Shown here: piece after piece, positions 29,881 through 38,298 of the stretch
How the letters are laid out: each line of letters starts with the position of its first letter
Position numbering within the stretch: the stretch's first letter is position 1
DNA from: an uncultured Dehalococcoidales bacterium
GTDB taxonomy: Bacteria; Chloroflexota; Dehalococcoidia; Dehalococcoidales; E44-bin46
Assembly (NCBI GenBank): GCA_964496725.1
Contig: CAZCAS010000001.1
Location: 1-49,295 of the forward strand
Direction of reading: 5' to 3'
Length of the DNA stretch: 49,295 nucleotides
Translations under genes and position numbers: made by a program
The notes under the pieces: model-generated
Told to the model about the DNA's origin: nothing
Seen by the model: the letters and a program-made list of their open reading frames with translations, nothing else
Databases searched by the model: none

Positions 29881-31074
29881 TTACTGAGAGCCCAAGCTGG
29901 CGCCACAGTTGGAGCAGAAGCTACTGCCGGGAGGGTTGACCTGGGAGCACGCTTTACAGGTTGGGCCTCCGCTGGTCTTGCTCTCGCCAAAATAAAGCTT
30001 GACATGGGGCCAGGGGATTTCTATCCCTTCCTCATCGAAGACCCTCTTGATTCTTCTCCTCAGTTCACCCATGAGATTCCAGTGTTGACCAGGCTCTGAC
30101 TCACCTACCACTTTAATGATAATCCCTGAGTCTCCAAACTCGTCCACCCGGAGAAGCCAGGGTGTTTTTGAGATAAGGAGCGGACCCCAATCGGGGTCTT
30201 CGGCTAATTCTTCCCATGTTCTCTTTATCACCGCCATTACCCTGTCCAGGTCTTCTTTATAGGCTACGCCTATATCCAGGTGAACCCTGGACCACAACTT
30301 GGTGAGGTTGCTGGCCATTCTGATTTCGCCGTTGGGGATAATATGGAGGATACCATCCAGGTCTCTGAGCGAGGTTCTCCTCAGATTAAGCCCTTCCACC
30401 CCGCCAGCTATCTGGTTGTTAACCTTGATAACATCGCCGACATCATACTGGTTCTCAATGATAATAAAAAAGCCAGAAATTAGGTCCTTTACCATGCTCT
30501 GAGCACCAAAGCCGATGGCTATGCCGGCAATGCCTGCCCCGGCGAGGAGGGGGGTAATATTTATCCCTATCTCAGCAAGTATCATAAAGGTGGCAACTAT
30601 AGCTATAATTACTCCGATAGTAGCGGTAAGGACGGCACCCAGTGTTTGCGTCCTTTTGGTCATCCGCTCCTTGGTTTCACGCCTTTTTCCTCTTATAGCA
30701 ACAAATCTCCCTATCATTAGAGGTAATGTTGCCCTGACTACTCTGTATGCTGCGTATGCCGGCACGGCGATGATGGCAATAGGAATGCTGTGGACCCGGA
30801 GCCAGCTCCGTACCGCTTTTAGAAATGGCTGAATATCCATGCCGTAGTACTTGATGATAAATGCCGCTATAGCCAGGGAGAGAAGCCCCCCCGCAGTGCC
30901 GATGATGATCCAGCCAACTATTTTCCGGGCGACTTTCGCTCGCGTGTGCCATCGCTTGGCCACAGCCTTTTCTGTGGCTCGGGCAATCCGCTCCTTGACA
31001 GAATAGGCGACAATAAAGCTGACGATGCCTGCAACTAATACCCACATCCTATTAACCACGAACAATTCCCACAT
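29881..31074 (-). CDS. MscS-family mechanosensitive channel with a C-terminal zinc-ribbon extension
   Basis: N-terminal TM helices and the MscS pore/beta-domain core (GIAIGFGAQSMVKDLISGFFIIIENQYDVGDVI). The last 29 aa contain CKAC-x13-CSNC. Confidence 0.85.
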   Translation of the reverse strand: MWELFVVNRMWVLVAGIVSFIVAYSVKERIARATEKAVAKRWHTRAKVARKIVGWIIIGTAGGLLSLAIAAFIIKYYGMDIQPFLKAVRSWLRVHSIPIAIIAVPAYAAYRVVRATLPLMIGRFVAIRGKRRETKERMTKRTQTLGAVLTATIGVIIAIVATFMILAEIGINITPLLAGAGIAGIAIGFGAQSMVKDLISGFFIIIENQYDVGDVIKVNNQIAGGVEGLNLRRTSLRDLDGILHIIPNGEIRMASNLTKLWSRVHLDIGVAYKEDLDRVMAVIKRTWEELAEDPDWGPLLISKTPWLLRVDEFGDSGIIIKVVGESEPGQHWNLMGELRRRIKRVFDEEGIEIPWPHVKLYFGESKTSGGPTCKACSQVNPPGSSFCSNCGASLGSQ

Positions 31075-31150
31075 GGTAACACCTCTATTAAAGGTAACTT
31101 GGTATATATTATACCACTTTAAAACATCGGTGTGCTTAGCCGGGAGTCGT

Positions 31151-32335
31151 TTACGTGGGGAAGATATCCTTTAATGGCAGGGTTCTCCCTGTCTGGATGG
31201 CGGCGAAGCCATACTTTTTGCGGATGCGGTCAATAGCTTCATTTAGCCGCCCCAGCCGCTGCGCCGACGAGTCCAGCATGTCCAGTTGCCTCCCTGGCTC
31301 AGTCAGGTGCGACACCCCGATGCCGATGAGGCGAATCTTTTGCTTTTCTTGAGACGGTGCTCTCTTTAATAGCTTTACCCCGGTATCAAAGATGGTCTGG
31401 TCGCTGTCGCTGCTTTGCTGGAGGGTGTGGCGGCGGGTGATGGTGGTGAAGTCGGCATATCTCAGTTTCAGGGTTACGCACCTAGCTTGTTTACCTTGCT
31501 GGCGCAGCTTGCTGCCGACCCGCTCGCTGAGAAAGCGCAGTGTTGCCATCAGCAAAGGGAGGTCTCTGGTATCCTTGCCGAAGGTGGTTTCGTGGCTGAC
31601 GGACTTGGCGACGGCAGGGGGTGCTACTTTTCTGTCATCAATGCCGCTAGCGTAGCGCCGCAAAATCTCACCAGAGACGCCAAAATGGCTTTTAAGGGTG
31701 GTTAGCGGCGTAATAGATAGTTCTTCTCTATAGTATTGATGCCTAAGCCTTTTAAAATTCGTTCTGCCTTTTTGCCCACTCCGGGCAATTCGGCTACGGG
31801 TAGCGGTGCCAGGAAGGAGTGCTCCTCTCCGGCAGCCACCTCCAGTAGCCCATCCGGCTTGGATAATTCGGAGGCGACCTTTGCCACCACCTTGCAGTTG
31901 GCGATACCCACTGATACACAAAGCCCCAGTTCATCCTTAATTCGCCTTTTTATCGCCCTCGCCATCTGGTGACTGGAGCCATGTATAGATTCGAAGCCGG
32001 TTATATCCAGATAGGCTTCATCAAGACCCACCGGCTGGCTCAAGGAAGGGTGAAAAATCAGCCAAAATATCCATAAACCTCTGTGAAGCAATGCGATATT
32101 TGTGGAAGCTGCCCTCAATGAAGATGGCTTGAGGGCAGAGGCGGGAGGCGGTGGTGAGGGGCATACCGGCGTGTAAGCCGAAGGCTCGCGCTTCATATGA
32201 GGCGGAGGCAACCACGCCTCGTCGGTCAGGCTTACCACCGACCACTGCCGGCTTACCTTTAAGCTCAGGGTTTTCCGCCTGCTCCACTGAGACAAAGAAG
32301 GCATCAAGGTCAACGTGCATAATTCGGCGGGCCAT
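31151..32335 (-). pseudogene. dinB: DNA polymerase IV (Y-family), disrupted by two frameshifts
   Basis: The DinB homolog is split over three overlapping minus-strand frames.
- 32335-32021: MHVDLDAFFVSVEQ...FLEPAGGS*
- 32031-31702: VGLDEAYLDITG...LPGVGKKAERILKGLGINTIEKNYLLRR*
- From about 31725 down to 31151: ELSITPLTTLKSHFG...little-finger domain
The junctions are at about 32024-32035 and about 31717-31731. Confidence 0.8.
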
Positions 32336-32409
32336 TATTCTCCTCTGGAAGTAAGGGGTCAGTTCCTATGCTTGGGGAGGGCGAAGACGTAGCAGGCTCT
32401 ACTGGGTGG

Positions 32410-32633
32410 CTAATACCCCAGTCCTACCTTTTTCCTTATCTCCGCCTCATCCATCACCCTGGCCAATCCTTTCAAGAAGGGGGTGGAGGCATTCTCCAGG
32501 AGCCAGATTCCAAAGACAAAGCCCTCGTCTTCCAGCACCTTCCCTTCGAGCTGGGCGACTGCCTTTAGCTCTACCCTGTCCTCTTTTCCCTTAGCGATGG
32601 CAAAGTTTTTTACCGTTGTCCTGCCCTCCTCAT
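32410..32633 (-). pseudogene. Small ORF of unknown family between pyrF and dinB, lacking an in-frame start (possible frameshifted gene)
   Basis: The ATG at 32633 overlaps the pyrF stop (ATGA) but that frame stops after 7 codons (32612-32610). The -1 frame is open for 81 codons (32655-32410). It encodes a protein-like sequence (..VKNFAIAKGKEDRVELKAVAQLEGKVLEDEGFVFGIWLLENASTPFLKGLARVMDEAEIRKKVGLGY) with no ATG/GTG/TTG until codon 40. Confidence 0.35.
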
Positions 32634-33427
32634 TGATGTTGGTTGATCTGTTCTCTCAGTGATGAGGCGACGCGACGCGCTGCCTGAGCAAAGTCTTCCT
32701 GTGAGGCATATATAATCTGCCGTGATGAATTGAAGATAGCCTTCTCCCCGTTGGCATCGACCCCGTAGCGGACCGCTGCGGTCAGGTCTCCTCCCTGGGC
32801 GCCGATGCCTGGTATCAGGAGGGGCATATCGGGGTGAGCGTTTCGAATCAGCTTTAGCTCCTCAGGATAGGTAGCGCCCACCACCAGCCCGATGTTGCCG
32901 TATTTATTCCACTCCTTGGCTTTGAGAGCTACCAGCTCAAACAGGGGGCGATGGCCGGATTCCGTCTCACAGTGGAGGGATTGGAAGTCCACGGCACCAG
33001 CGTTTGATGTCCGGCAGAGGATGAATACCCCTTTATCTTTGTACTGGATGAAAGGCTCTATGGAGTCGAAACCCAGATAGGGGTTCACTGTGGTGGCATC
33101 GCAGTTGAGGTTGGTGAAGATGGCCCGGGCATAGGCTTCGGCGGTATTGCCGATATCGCCCCGTTTGGCGTCTCCAATAACAGGGATGTCCCTTGGTATG
33201 CACTTAATGGTGCGCTTCAGGGCATCCAGCCCATCATCCAGGGCTTCATAGAAGGCGAGGTTCAGTTTGTAGGCGCAGACTAGGTCGGAGGTAGCCTCAA
33301 TAATCGCCCGGTTGAATTCGAAGACGCCTGTGTTCTTGGGCATCAGCTTTGGGTCGGGGTCTAGCCCAACACAGAGCAGGCTCTTATTCTTGTGAGTGGC
33401 ATTCGCCAGTTTTTCAATAAAATTCAC
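32630..33427 (-). CDS. pyrF: Orotidine 5'-phosphate decarboxylase
   Basis: Signature GDAKRGDIGNT and LCVGLDP near the N-terminus, 265 aa. Confidence 0.9.
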   Translation of the reverse strand: MNFIEKLANATHKNKSLLCVGLDPDPKLMPKNTGVFEFNRAIIEATSDLVCAYKLNLAFYEALDDGLDALKRTIKCIPRDIPVIGDAKRGDIGNTAEAYARAIFTNLNCDATTVNPYLGFDSIEPFIQYKDKGVFILCRTSNAGAVDFQSLHCETESGHRPLFELVALKAKEWNKYGNIGLVVGATYPEELKLIRNAHPDMPLLIPGIGAQGGDLTAAVRYGVDANGEKAIFNSSRQIIYASQEDFAQAARRVASSLREQINQHQ

Positions 33428-33543
33428 TTCATCCCCTGTGATAAAATTGTCAGTCGCTATTGATTAGCCTAAAGTGGTAGAATATATCGCTTTTAGTCTA
33501 ATAATAACTTTTTGCCCACTTGCAGTAAAGTAAGGGTAGGCAG

Positions 33544-34866
33544 ATGGATTATAAACAGACCCTGGATTACATTGATAGCTATACCGACTATGAGAAGATG
33601 CCCATGCCCCACGACCCCGCCTTTTACGATTTGAGGCGTGTTGAGGAACTGCTGGCTCGCTTGGGGAATCCGCATCTTGGAGCTAGGTCAGTTCATATCG
33701 GTGGCACTAAGGGGAAGGGCAGTACCGCTGCCATGATGGCCTCAGCCCTTACCGTATCAGGTTACACCACCGGACTCTACACCTCGCCCCACCTTAATAC
33801 CCTGAGGGAGCGGTTCAGGGTTGATGGGGAGTTGATTACGGAGGGAGAGCTTGTTTCGGTGGTGAAGAGGCTCAGGCCTGAGGTTGAGGCGGTGAACCAG
33901 AAGGCTACCTATGGGGAGCTGACCACCTTCGAGTTGTTAACGGCGCTAGCCTTCACTTACTTTAAGCTCAGGGGGGTTGATTTTCAGGTACTGGAGGTGG
34001 GGTTGGGGGGGAAATATGATGCCACCAATATAATTAAGCAGCCTGAGATCGCCGTTATCACCTCGATTAGCTTTGACCACACTGAGGTGCTGGGCAATAC
34101 GTTAACCGAGATTGCCACGGAGAAGGCGGGGATTATTAAGCCCGGTTGTGTGGTGGTCCTTTCCTCTCAGCCTGATGAGGTCGTCCGGGTGATAGAAGGG
34201 GTTTGTCATCATCAAGGGGCGGAACTGGTCAGAGTAGGCAGGGATGTTATCTGGCAAAGCCGCGGTTTTGATGAGAAAAGGCAGTCGCTTGAGGTCAAGG
34301 GAAGGCTAGATAGCTATAAACTATCCATCCCCCTCCTTGGTCAATACCAGCTGGGGAATGCCGCTACCGCCGTAGCGGCGCTGGAGGTCTTGGTGGCGAG
34401 GGGATTCCATGTATCACGGGATAGCATTATTGATGGTCTGGCGCGAGCGAACTGGGCGGGTCGGTTCCAGATTCTCGGCCGGGACCCGCTGCTGGTAGTT
34501 GATGGCGCTCATAACCCTGACTCAGCTCGGCGGCTGAGGGAGTCCCTGGCTCAGTATTTTGACTTTGACCGAGCCATCCTGGTTATAGGGATATCGTTTG
34601 ATAAAGATGTTGATGGCATAATATCAGAATTAGTGCCCCTGTTTGATAAGGTGATTGTCACCCGCTCGCGTCATCCGAGGGCGATGGCACTGGAAAAGCT
34701 TATAGCTGCATTCAGCAGGCATGGCGTAGAAGCCCAGGCGGCGGAGAATATCCCTGAGGCGCTGGCACTAGCGAGGGGTCTCGCTGGTGCCAGAGACCTT
34801 ATCTGTGTGACCGGCTCTCTGTTTGTGGTGGCTGAGACCATTGAACAAACGAACATTTTAAGGTAA
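33544..34866 (+). CDS. folC: Bifunctional folylpolyglutamate synthase/dihydrofolate synthase
   Basis: Mur-ligase P-loop GGTKGKGST and a C-terminal Mur ligase domain (DGAHNPDSA). Confidence 0.9.
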   Translation: MDYKQTLDYIDSYTDYEKMPMPHDPAFYDLRRVEELLARLGNPHLGARSVHIGGTKGKGSTAAMMASALTVSGYTTGLYTSPHLNTLRERFRVDGELITEGELVSVVKRLRPEVEAVNQKATYGELTTFELLTALAFTYFKLRGVDFQVLEVGLGGKYDATNIIKQPEIAVITSISFDHTEVLGNTLTEIATEKAGIIKPGCVVVLSSQPDEVVRVIEGVCHHQGAELVRVGRDVIWQSRGFDEKRQSLEVKGRLDSYKLSIPLLGQYQLGNAATAVAALEVLVARGFHVSRDSIIDGLARANWAGRFQILGRDPLLVVDGAHNPDSARRLRESLAQYFDFDRAILVIGISFDKDVDGIISELVPLFDKVIVTRSRHPRAMALEKLIAAFSRHGVEAQAAENIPEALALARGLAGARDLICVTGSLFVVAETIEQTNILR

Positions 34867-34897
34867 GATTTAGCGAAAAGCGAGTTCTAATAGTTAG

Positions 34898-35221
34898 ATG
34901 ACTACTGAGGTAGATGTCGCCCCTGGTATCTGCGGCTTTCCTGCTACCATAGAGGTTGCCGCTACATCTGACCACACAGCTCGAGTTACTGTCACCAGCG
35001 ATTGCGAGTATGCGGTTAAGGCAGGCGAGTTACTGGAGGAGGTGGATTGGTTTAGCCTGTTGAAGAAGCAGGGGAAAACCTATACTGATTATCAGGATGC
35101 GGTGCTTGATATGAAACATATTAGTTGCCCCATCCCTGTGGCTATTCTTAAGGCGGTTGAAGCGGAGCTGGGGTTTGCCTTACCTAAAGACGTTAGCATT
35201 AAAATTAAGAAAAAGTCCTGA
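34898..35221 (+). CDS. Hypothetical small protein (107 aa) with three conserved-looking Cys (GICGF, SDC, SCP)
   Basis: Clean ORF with protein-like composition and no competing ORF. I cannot confidently assign a family. Confidence 0.5.
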   Translation: MTTEVDVAPGICGFPATIEVAATSDHTARVTVTSDCEYAVKAGELLEEVDWFSLLKKQGKTYTDYQDAVLDMKHISCPIPVAILKAVEAELGFALPKDVSIKIKKKS

Positions 35222-35259
35222 CTCAGGGCAAAATTTTGGATGAACCGGAGGGGTGAGAG

Positions 35260-35499
35260 ATGCCCATCTATGAGTATGAGTGTAATGAATGTCATTTTAA
35301 TTTTGAGAGAAAACAGCGGTTTGATGAAGAGCCGGTAGCGGCGTGTCCCAAGTGTCAAAGCAAGGCGCAGCGTGTCATTCACTCCGTTCCCGTTATATTT
35401 AAGGGAAGCGGCTTTTATGTCACTGATAATCGTCAGAGTAGCTTGCCTGAGGTGGGTGATAAGGGGGTGTCGGACAGGAAGAGGCGAGGGAGGAAGTAG
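35260..35499 (+). CDS. FmdB-family zinc-ribbon protein (CxxC_CxxC_SSSS type)
   Basis: Starts MPIYEYECNEC, then ACPKC and the FKGSGFYVTD motif typical of the FmdB putative regulatory family. Confidence 0.8.
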   Translation: MPIYEYECNECHFNFERKQRFDEEPVAACPKCQSKAQRVIHSVPVIFKGSGFYVTDNRQSSLPEVGDKGVSDRKRRGRK

Positions 35500-35502
35500 G
35501 GA

Positions 35503-35952
35503 GTGAAGGCCCTGCTCCAGCGCGTCACCGGGGCCTCGGTCGGTATTGGTGGAGAGGTGGTGGGGAGGATAGGTCGGGGGTTGGTGGTCTTGGTCGGCGT
35601 AGCCGGCGATGATACGGAGCGGGATGTAACCTATCTGGCCCAAAAGGTTGTCAACCTGCGTATTTTCCCTGACGACGCTGGCAGATTTAACCTTTCGGCA
35701 CTGGATATCAAGGGCGAGCTATTGGTGGTGAGCCAGTTTACCCTGTTGGCTGATACTAGAAAGGGGCGCCGTCCCAGTTTTGTTGAGGCTGCCCCACCAG
35801 CGCAGGCTGAAGGATTATTCCAGCAGTTTGTAGAGCAGGTTCGTGCCACCGGATTAAAGGTGGAAACGGGGCGGTTTCAGCAGTACATGCAGGTGGAAAT
35901 CCATAACGACGGTCCGGTAACCGTACTCCTAGATAGCAGGGAGAAATTTTAA
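35503..35952 (+). CDS. dtd: D-aminoacyl-tRNA deacylase
   Basis: MKALLQRV N-terminus, with SQFTL and NDGPVT motifs. GTG start. Confidence 0.92.
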   Translation: MKALLQRVTGASVGIGGEVVGRIGRGLVVLVGVAGDDTERDVTYLAQKVVNLRIFPDDAGRFNLSALDIKGELLVVSQFTLLADTRKGRRPSFVEAAPPAQAEGLFQQFVEQVRATGLKVETGRFQQYMQVEIHNDGPVTVLLDSREKF

Positions 35953-36039
35953 GGGCTGTTTTACCGAAACTATTCTTAAATACAAATGGTTGCGATTAAT
36001 CAGTATTTGCTATAAAATGTTTAGTTAGGTGCGGGTTAA

Positions 36040-36462
36040 ATGACACAGTCTAGAGATGTGGTTCACCGGCTGAGCGAGTTAGGCTATCGGCTGACACCTC
36101 AGCGGATGATGATTCTGTCAGCTATCGAAGGTAGCGACAGCCACATTAGTGCTGAGGAAATCTATGCCCAGGTGGTGGCTAAATACCCTCATGTTAATAT
36201 CTCAACGGTTTATCGTACTCTGGAACTGCTCAAGCGACTCGGACTGGTAACCGAGACCGACCTCGGGGAGGGCCGGGTTAGGTACCATCCCGTGGACAAA
36301 GGCCATCACCATCACCTGGTTTGTCAGGAATGTGGAGCAACAATTGACCTTGACGAAGCAGCGTTGTTCCCGTTGAAGGATACCTTGCTCCGCGATTATA
36401 AGTTTATTGCCGATTTGAAGCACTTGGCTATTTTTGGTCGTTGCGCAAACTGTAGAGAGTAA
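36040..36462 (+). CDS. Fur-family metalloregulator (paralog 1), directly upstream of the Ni/Co ECF transporter
   Basis: TPQR winged-helix motif, HHHHLVCQECG, and a C-terminal CANC structural Zn site. 140 aa. Confidence 0.88.
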   Translation: MTQSRDVVHRLSELGYRLTPQRMMILSAIEGSDSHISAEEIYAQVVAKYPHVNISTVYRTLELLKRLGLVTETDLGEGRVRYHPVDKGHHHHLVCQECGATIDLDEAALFPLKDTLLRDYKFIADLKHLAIFGRCANCRE

Positions 36463-36532
36463 AAATTTTGAACTGTTGTTGCATATTGTCGCAGGTGCGT
36501 CTAAAAGCAACTAATCAGAGAGGAGGCGTGTT

Positions 36533-37183
36533 ATGCACATTCCAGATGGTTTTCTCAACGCTGCTACCCTAGCAGGTACCGGTGCGGTAGCAGCTGGGGG
36601 TGTGGGTAATGCGGTAAGAATCACCAGTAAAAGGCTGAAGGAAAAGCAGGTGCCACTGATGGGGGTGCTGGCAGCTTTCATTTTTGCGGCTCAGATGCTC
36701 AATTTCCCCATAGCTGGCGGCACCTCGGGACATGTTATCGGGGCTGCGCTGGCAGCAATATTGCTTGGCCCGTGGGCAGCAGTGCTGATAATGAGTTGCG
36801 TGCTTATCGCTCAGAGCCTTATCTTTCAGGATGGTGGGTTACTGGCTCTGGGGGCAAACATATTGAATATGGGCCTAATCGCCAGCTTCAGCGCTTATTA
36901 TACTTACCGTTTAGTTTGCTCAGTATTAGGCGATGATAGAAAGGGTAAGCTGGTGGGCAGCTTTGCTGGAGCCTGGGTTTCAGTGTTTCTAGCGTCCCTT
37001 GCCTGTGCCGTTGAGTTGGCTGTGTCAGGGGTATCACCAATGAGGGTGGTAGTGCCTGTTATGGCTGGCTTTCATGCCCTCATCGGTCTCGGTGAAGGGG
37101 CGATTACCGTGGGGGTACTTAGGTTGGTGATGGCAACCAGGGCTGACCTACTACAGCTACAACCTAGAAAGCAGGAGGTTTGA
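36533..37183 (+). CDS. cbiM: ECF transporter substrate-capture component CbiM/NikM
   Basis: Diagnostic N-terminus MHIPDGFL, 216 aa, multi-TM. Confidence 0.9.
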   Translation: MHIPDGFLNAATLAGTGAVAAGGVGNAVRITSKRLKEKQVPLMGVLAAFIFAAQMLNFPIAGGTSGHVIGAALAAILLGPWAAVLIMSCVLIAQSLIFQDGGLLALGANILNMGLIASFSAYYTYRLVCSVLGDDRKGKLVGSFAGAWVSVFLASLACAVELAVSGVSPMRVVVPVMAGFHALIGLGEGAITVGVLRLVMATRADLLQLQPRKQEV

Positions 37184-37186
37184 CAA

Positions 37187-37480
37187 GTGAAATCGAAATG
37201 GTGGCTAATCGGATTGCTGGCCTGTTTAGCAGTAGCCTGTTTTGCCCCATTAGCCTCGTCTTCGCCTGACGGACTGGAGAGGGTGGCTGAGGATAAGGGT
37301 TTTATTGCGCTGGCGAAGGAAGCGCCCTTCCAGGTTATTGCTGGCTATGTCTTCCCTGGCATAGGGAATGAGGCGCTGGCGACAATAGTAGCTGGACTAC
37401 TCGGTACTGCTGTGCTATTCGGGGTGGTATATGGTGTGGCTTGGCTTATCAAATCAAGGAAGAAGAAACCAGCTACATAA
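37187..37480 (+). CDS. PDGLE-domain small membrane protein (occupies the CbiN/NikN position)
   Basis: Signal/TM helix, a literal SSPDGLERV motif, and a C-terminal TM helix. GTG start 9 nt after AGGAGG. Confidence 0.7.
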   Translation: MKSKWWLIGLLACLAVACFAPLASSSPDGLERVAEDKGFIALAKEAPFQVIAGYVFPGIGNEALATIVAGLLGTAVLFGVVYGVAWLIKSRKKKPAT

Positions 37481-37504
37481 GGTCTGTTTACAGAAGGTGG
37501 CACG

Positions 37505-38281
37505 TTGAGACATAGTTTTATTGACCAGTATAGCGACCGGGACAGCTTTATTCATAGGCTTGACCCGCGCACCAAGTTTGTTAGCACCCTCGTTTTTATC
37601 GTGGCGGTAGCACTGACCTCGCCGGGGCGATGGCAGGCATTTGCTTTATACTTCCTCCTCGTTGCTATTCTGCTTCTTCTCTCCAAGGTGCCATTCTTTT
37701 ATGTTCTGAGGCGGTCCCTAGTAATTATGCCCTTTGTGTTGGTGATTGCTATCTTTATACCCTTCTTTAAAGAGGGAGAGGTAGCTGGCAGTTACAATAT
37801 CTGGCTATGGCAGGTAACGGTTACCTATAGTGGCCTTCAAGTTCTGTGGAACATTTTAATTAAGGCATGGCTGTCAATTCTCAGTTTAATCTGGCTGACC
37901 TCAACCACCAAACTAACCGTTCTTCTCAGGGGCTTGGAGCGATTGCGGATGCCCAGAGTGATGGTGATGATCCTATCGTTTATGTATCGCTATATCTTTG
38001 TGCTGGTGGATGAGGTGATGCGGATGAAGCAGGCGAGGGATAGTCGCAATTTCGGGGGCAGGCGCCTGTGGCATATTCGTACTATCGGTAATATGATAGG
38101 CACCCTTTTTATTCGTAGTTATGAGAGAGGCGAGCGGGTTTATGCAGCTATGCTGGCTCGTGGCTTTGATGGGCAGAGCCGTACCCTGGATTGTTTGAAC
38201 TTCAGGAGAGCAGATGCCTGCTTCGGCATAGGCTTTAGTCTGGTTCTTATCTTGACCAGCGTGTTTAACCCGCTATATTAA
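37505..38281 (+). CDS. cbiQ: ECF transporter transmembrane (T) component CbiQ
   Basis: 258 aa multi-TM protein with LDPRTK near the N-terminus and the ARxxRG-type coupling motifs (ARDSRNFGG; ARGFDG). TTG start. Confidence 0.85.
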   Translation: MRHSFIDQYSDRDSFIHRLDPRTKFVSTLVFIVAVALTSPGRWQAFALYFLLVAILLLLSKVPFFYVLRRSLVIMPFVLVIAIFIPFFKEGEVAGSYNIWLWQVTVTYSGLQVLWNILIKAWLSILSLIWLTSTTKLTVLLRGLERLRMPRVMVMILSFMYRYIFVLVDEVMRMKQARDSRNFGGRRLWHIRTIGNMIGTLFIRSYERGERVYAAMLARGFDGQSRTLDCLNFRRADACFGIGFSLVLILTSVFNPLY

Positions 38282-38298
38282 ACAGTGGAGGGGAAAAT

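Noticed and set aside
35092-35643. 183-aa minus-strand ORF spanning the ends of three plus-strand genes
   Set aside because: It overlaps the hypothetical 107-aa gene, the FmdB gene and dtd, which have recognisable motifs and SD sites. The antisense product has none.
36470-36481. Near-LexA box GAACTGTTGTTG between fur paralog 1 and cbiM
   Set aside because: It has one mismatch in the right half-site (GTTG instead of GTTC), no flanking A/T symmetry, and a biologically implausible target. It is probably a chance match.
35953-36532. Cobalamin riboswitch upstream of cbiM
   Set aside because: The non-coding spacers are 87 and 70 nt, too short for a B12 element. No B12-box-like sequence was seen.
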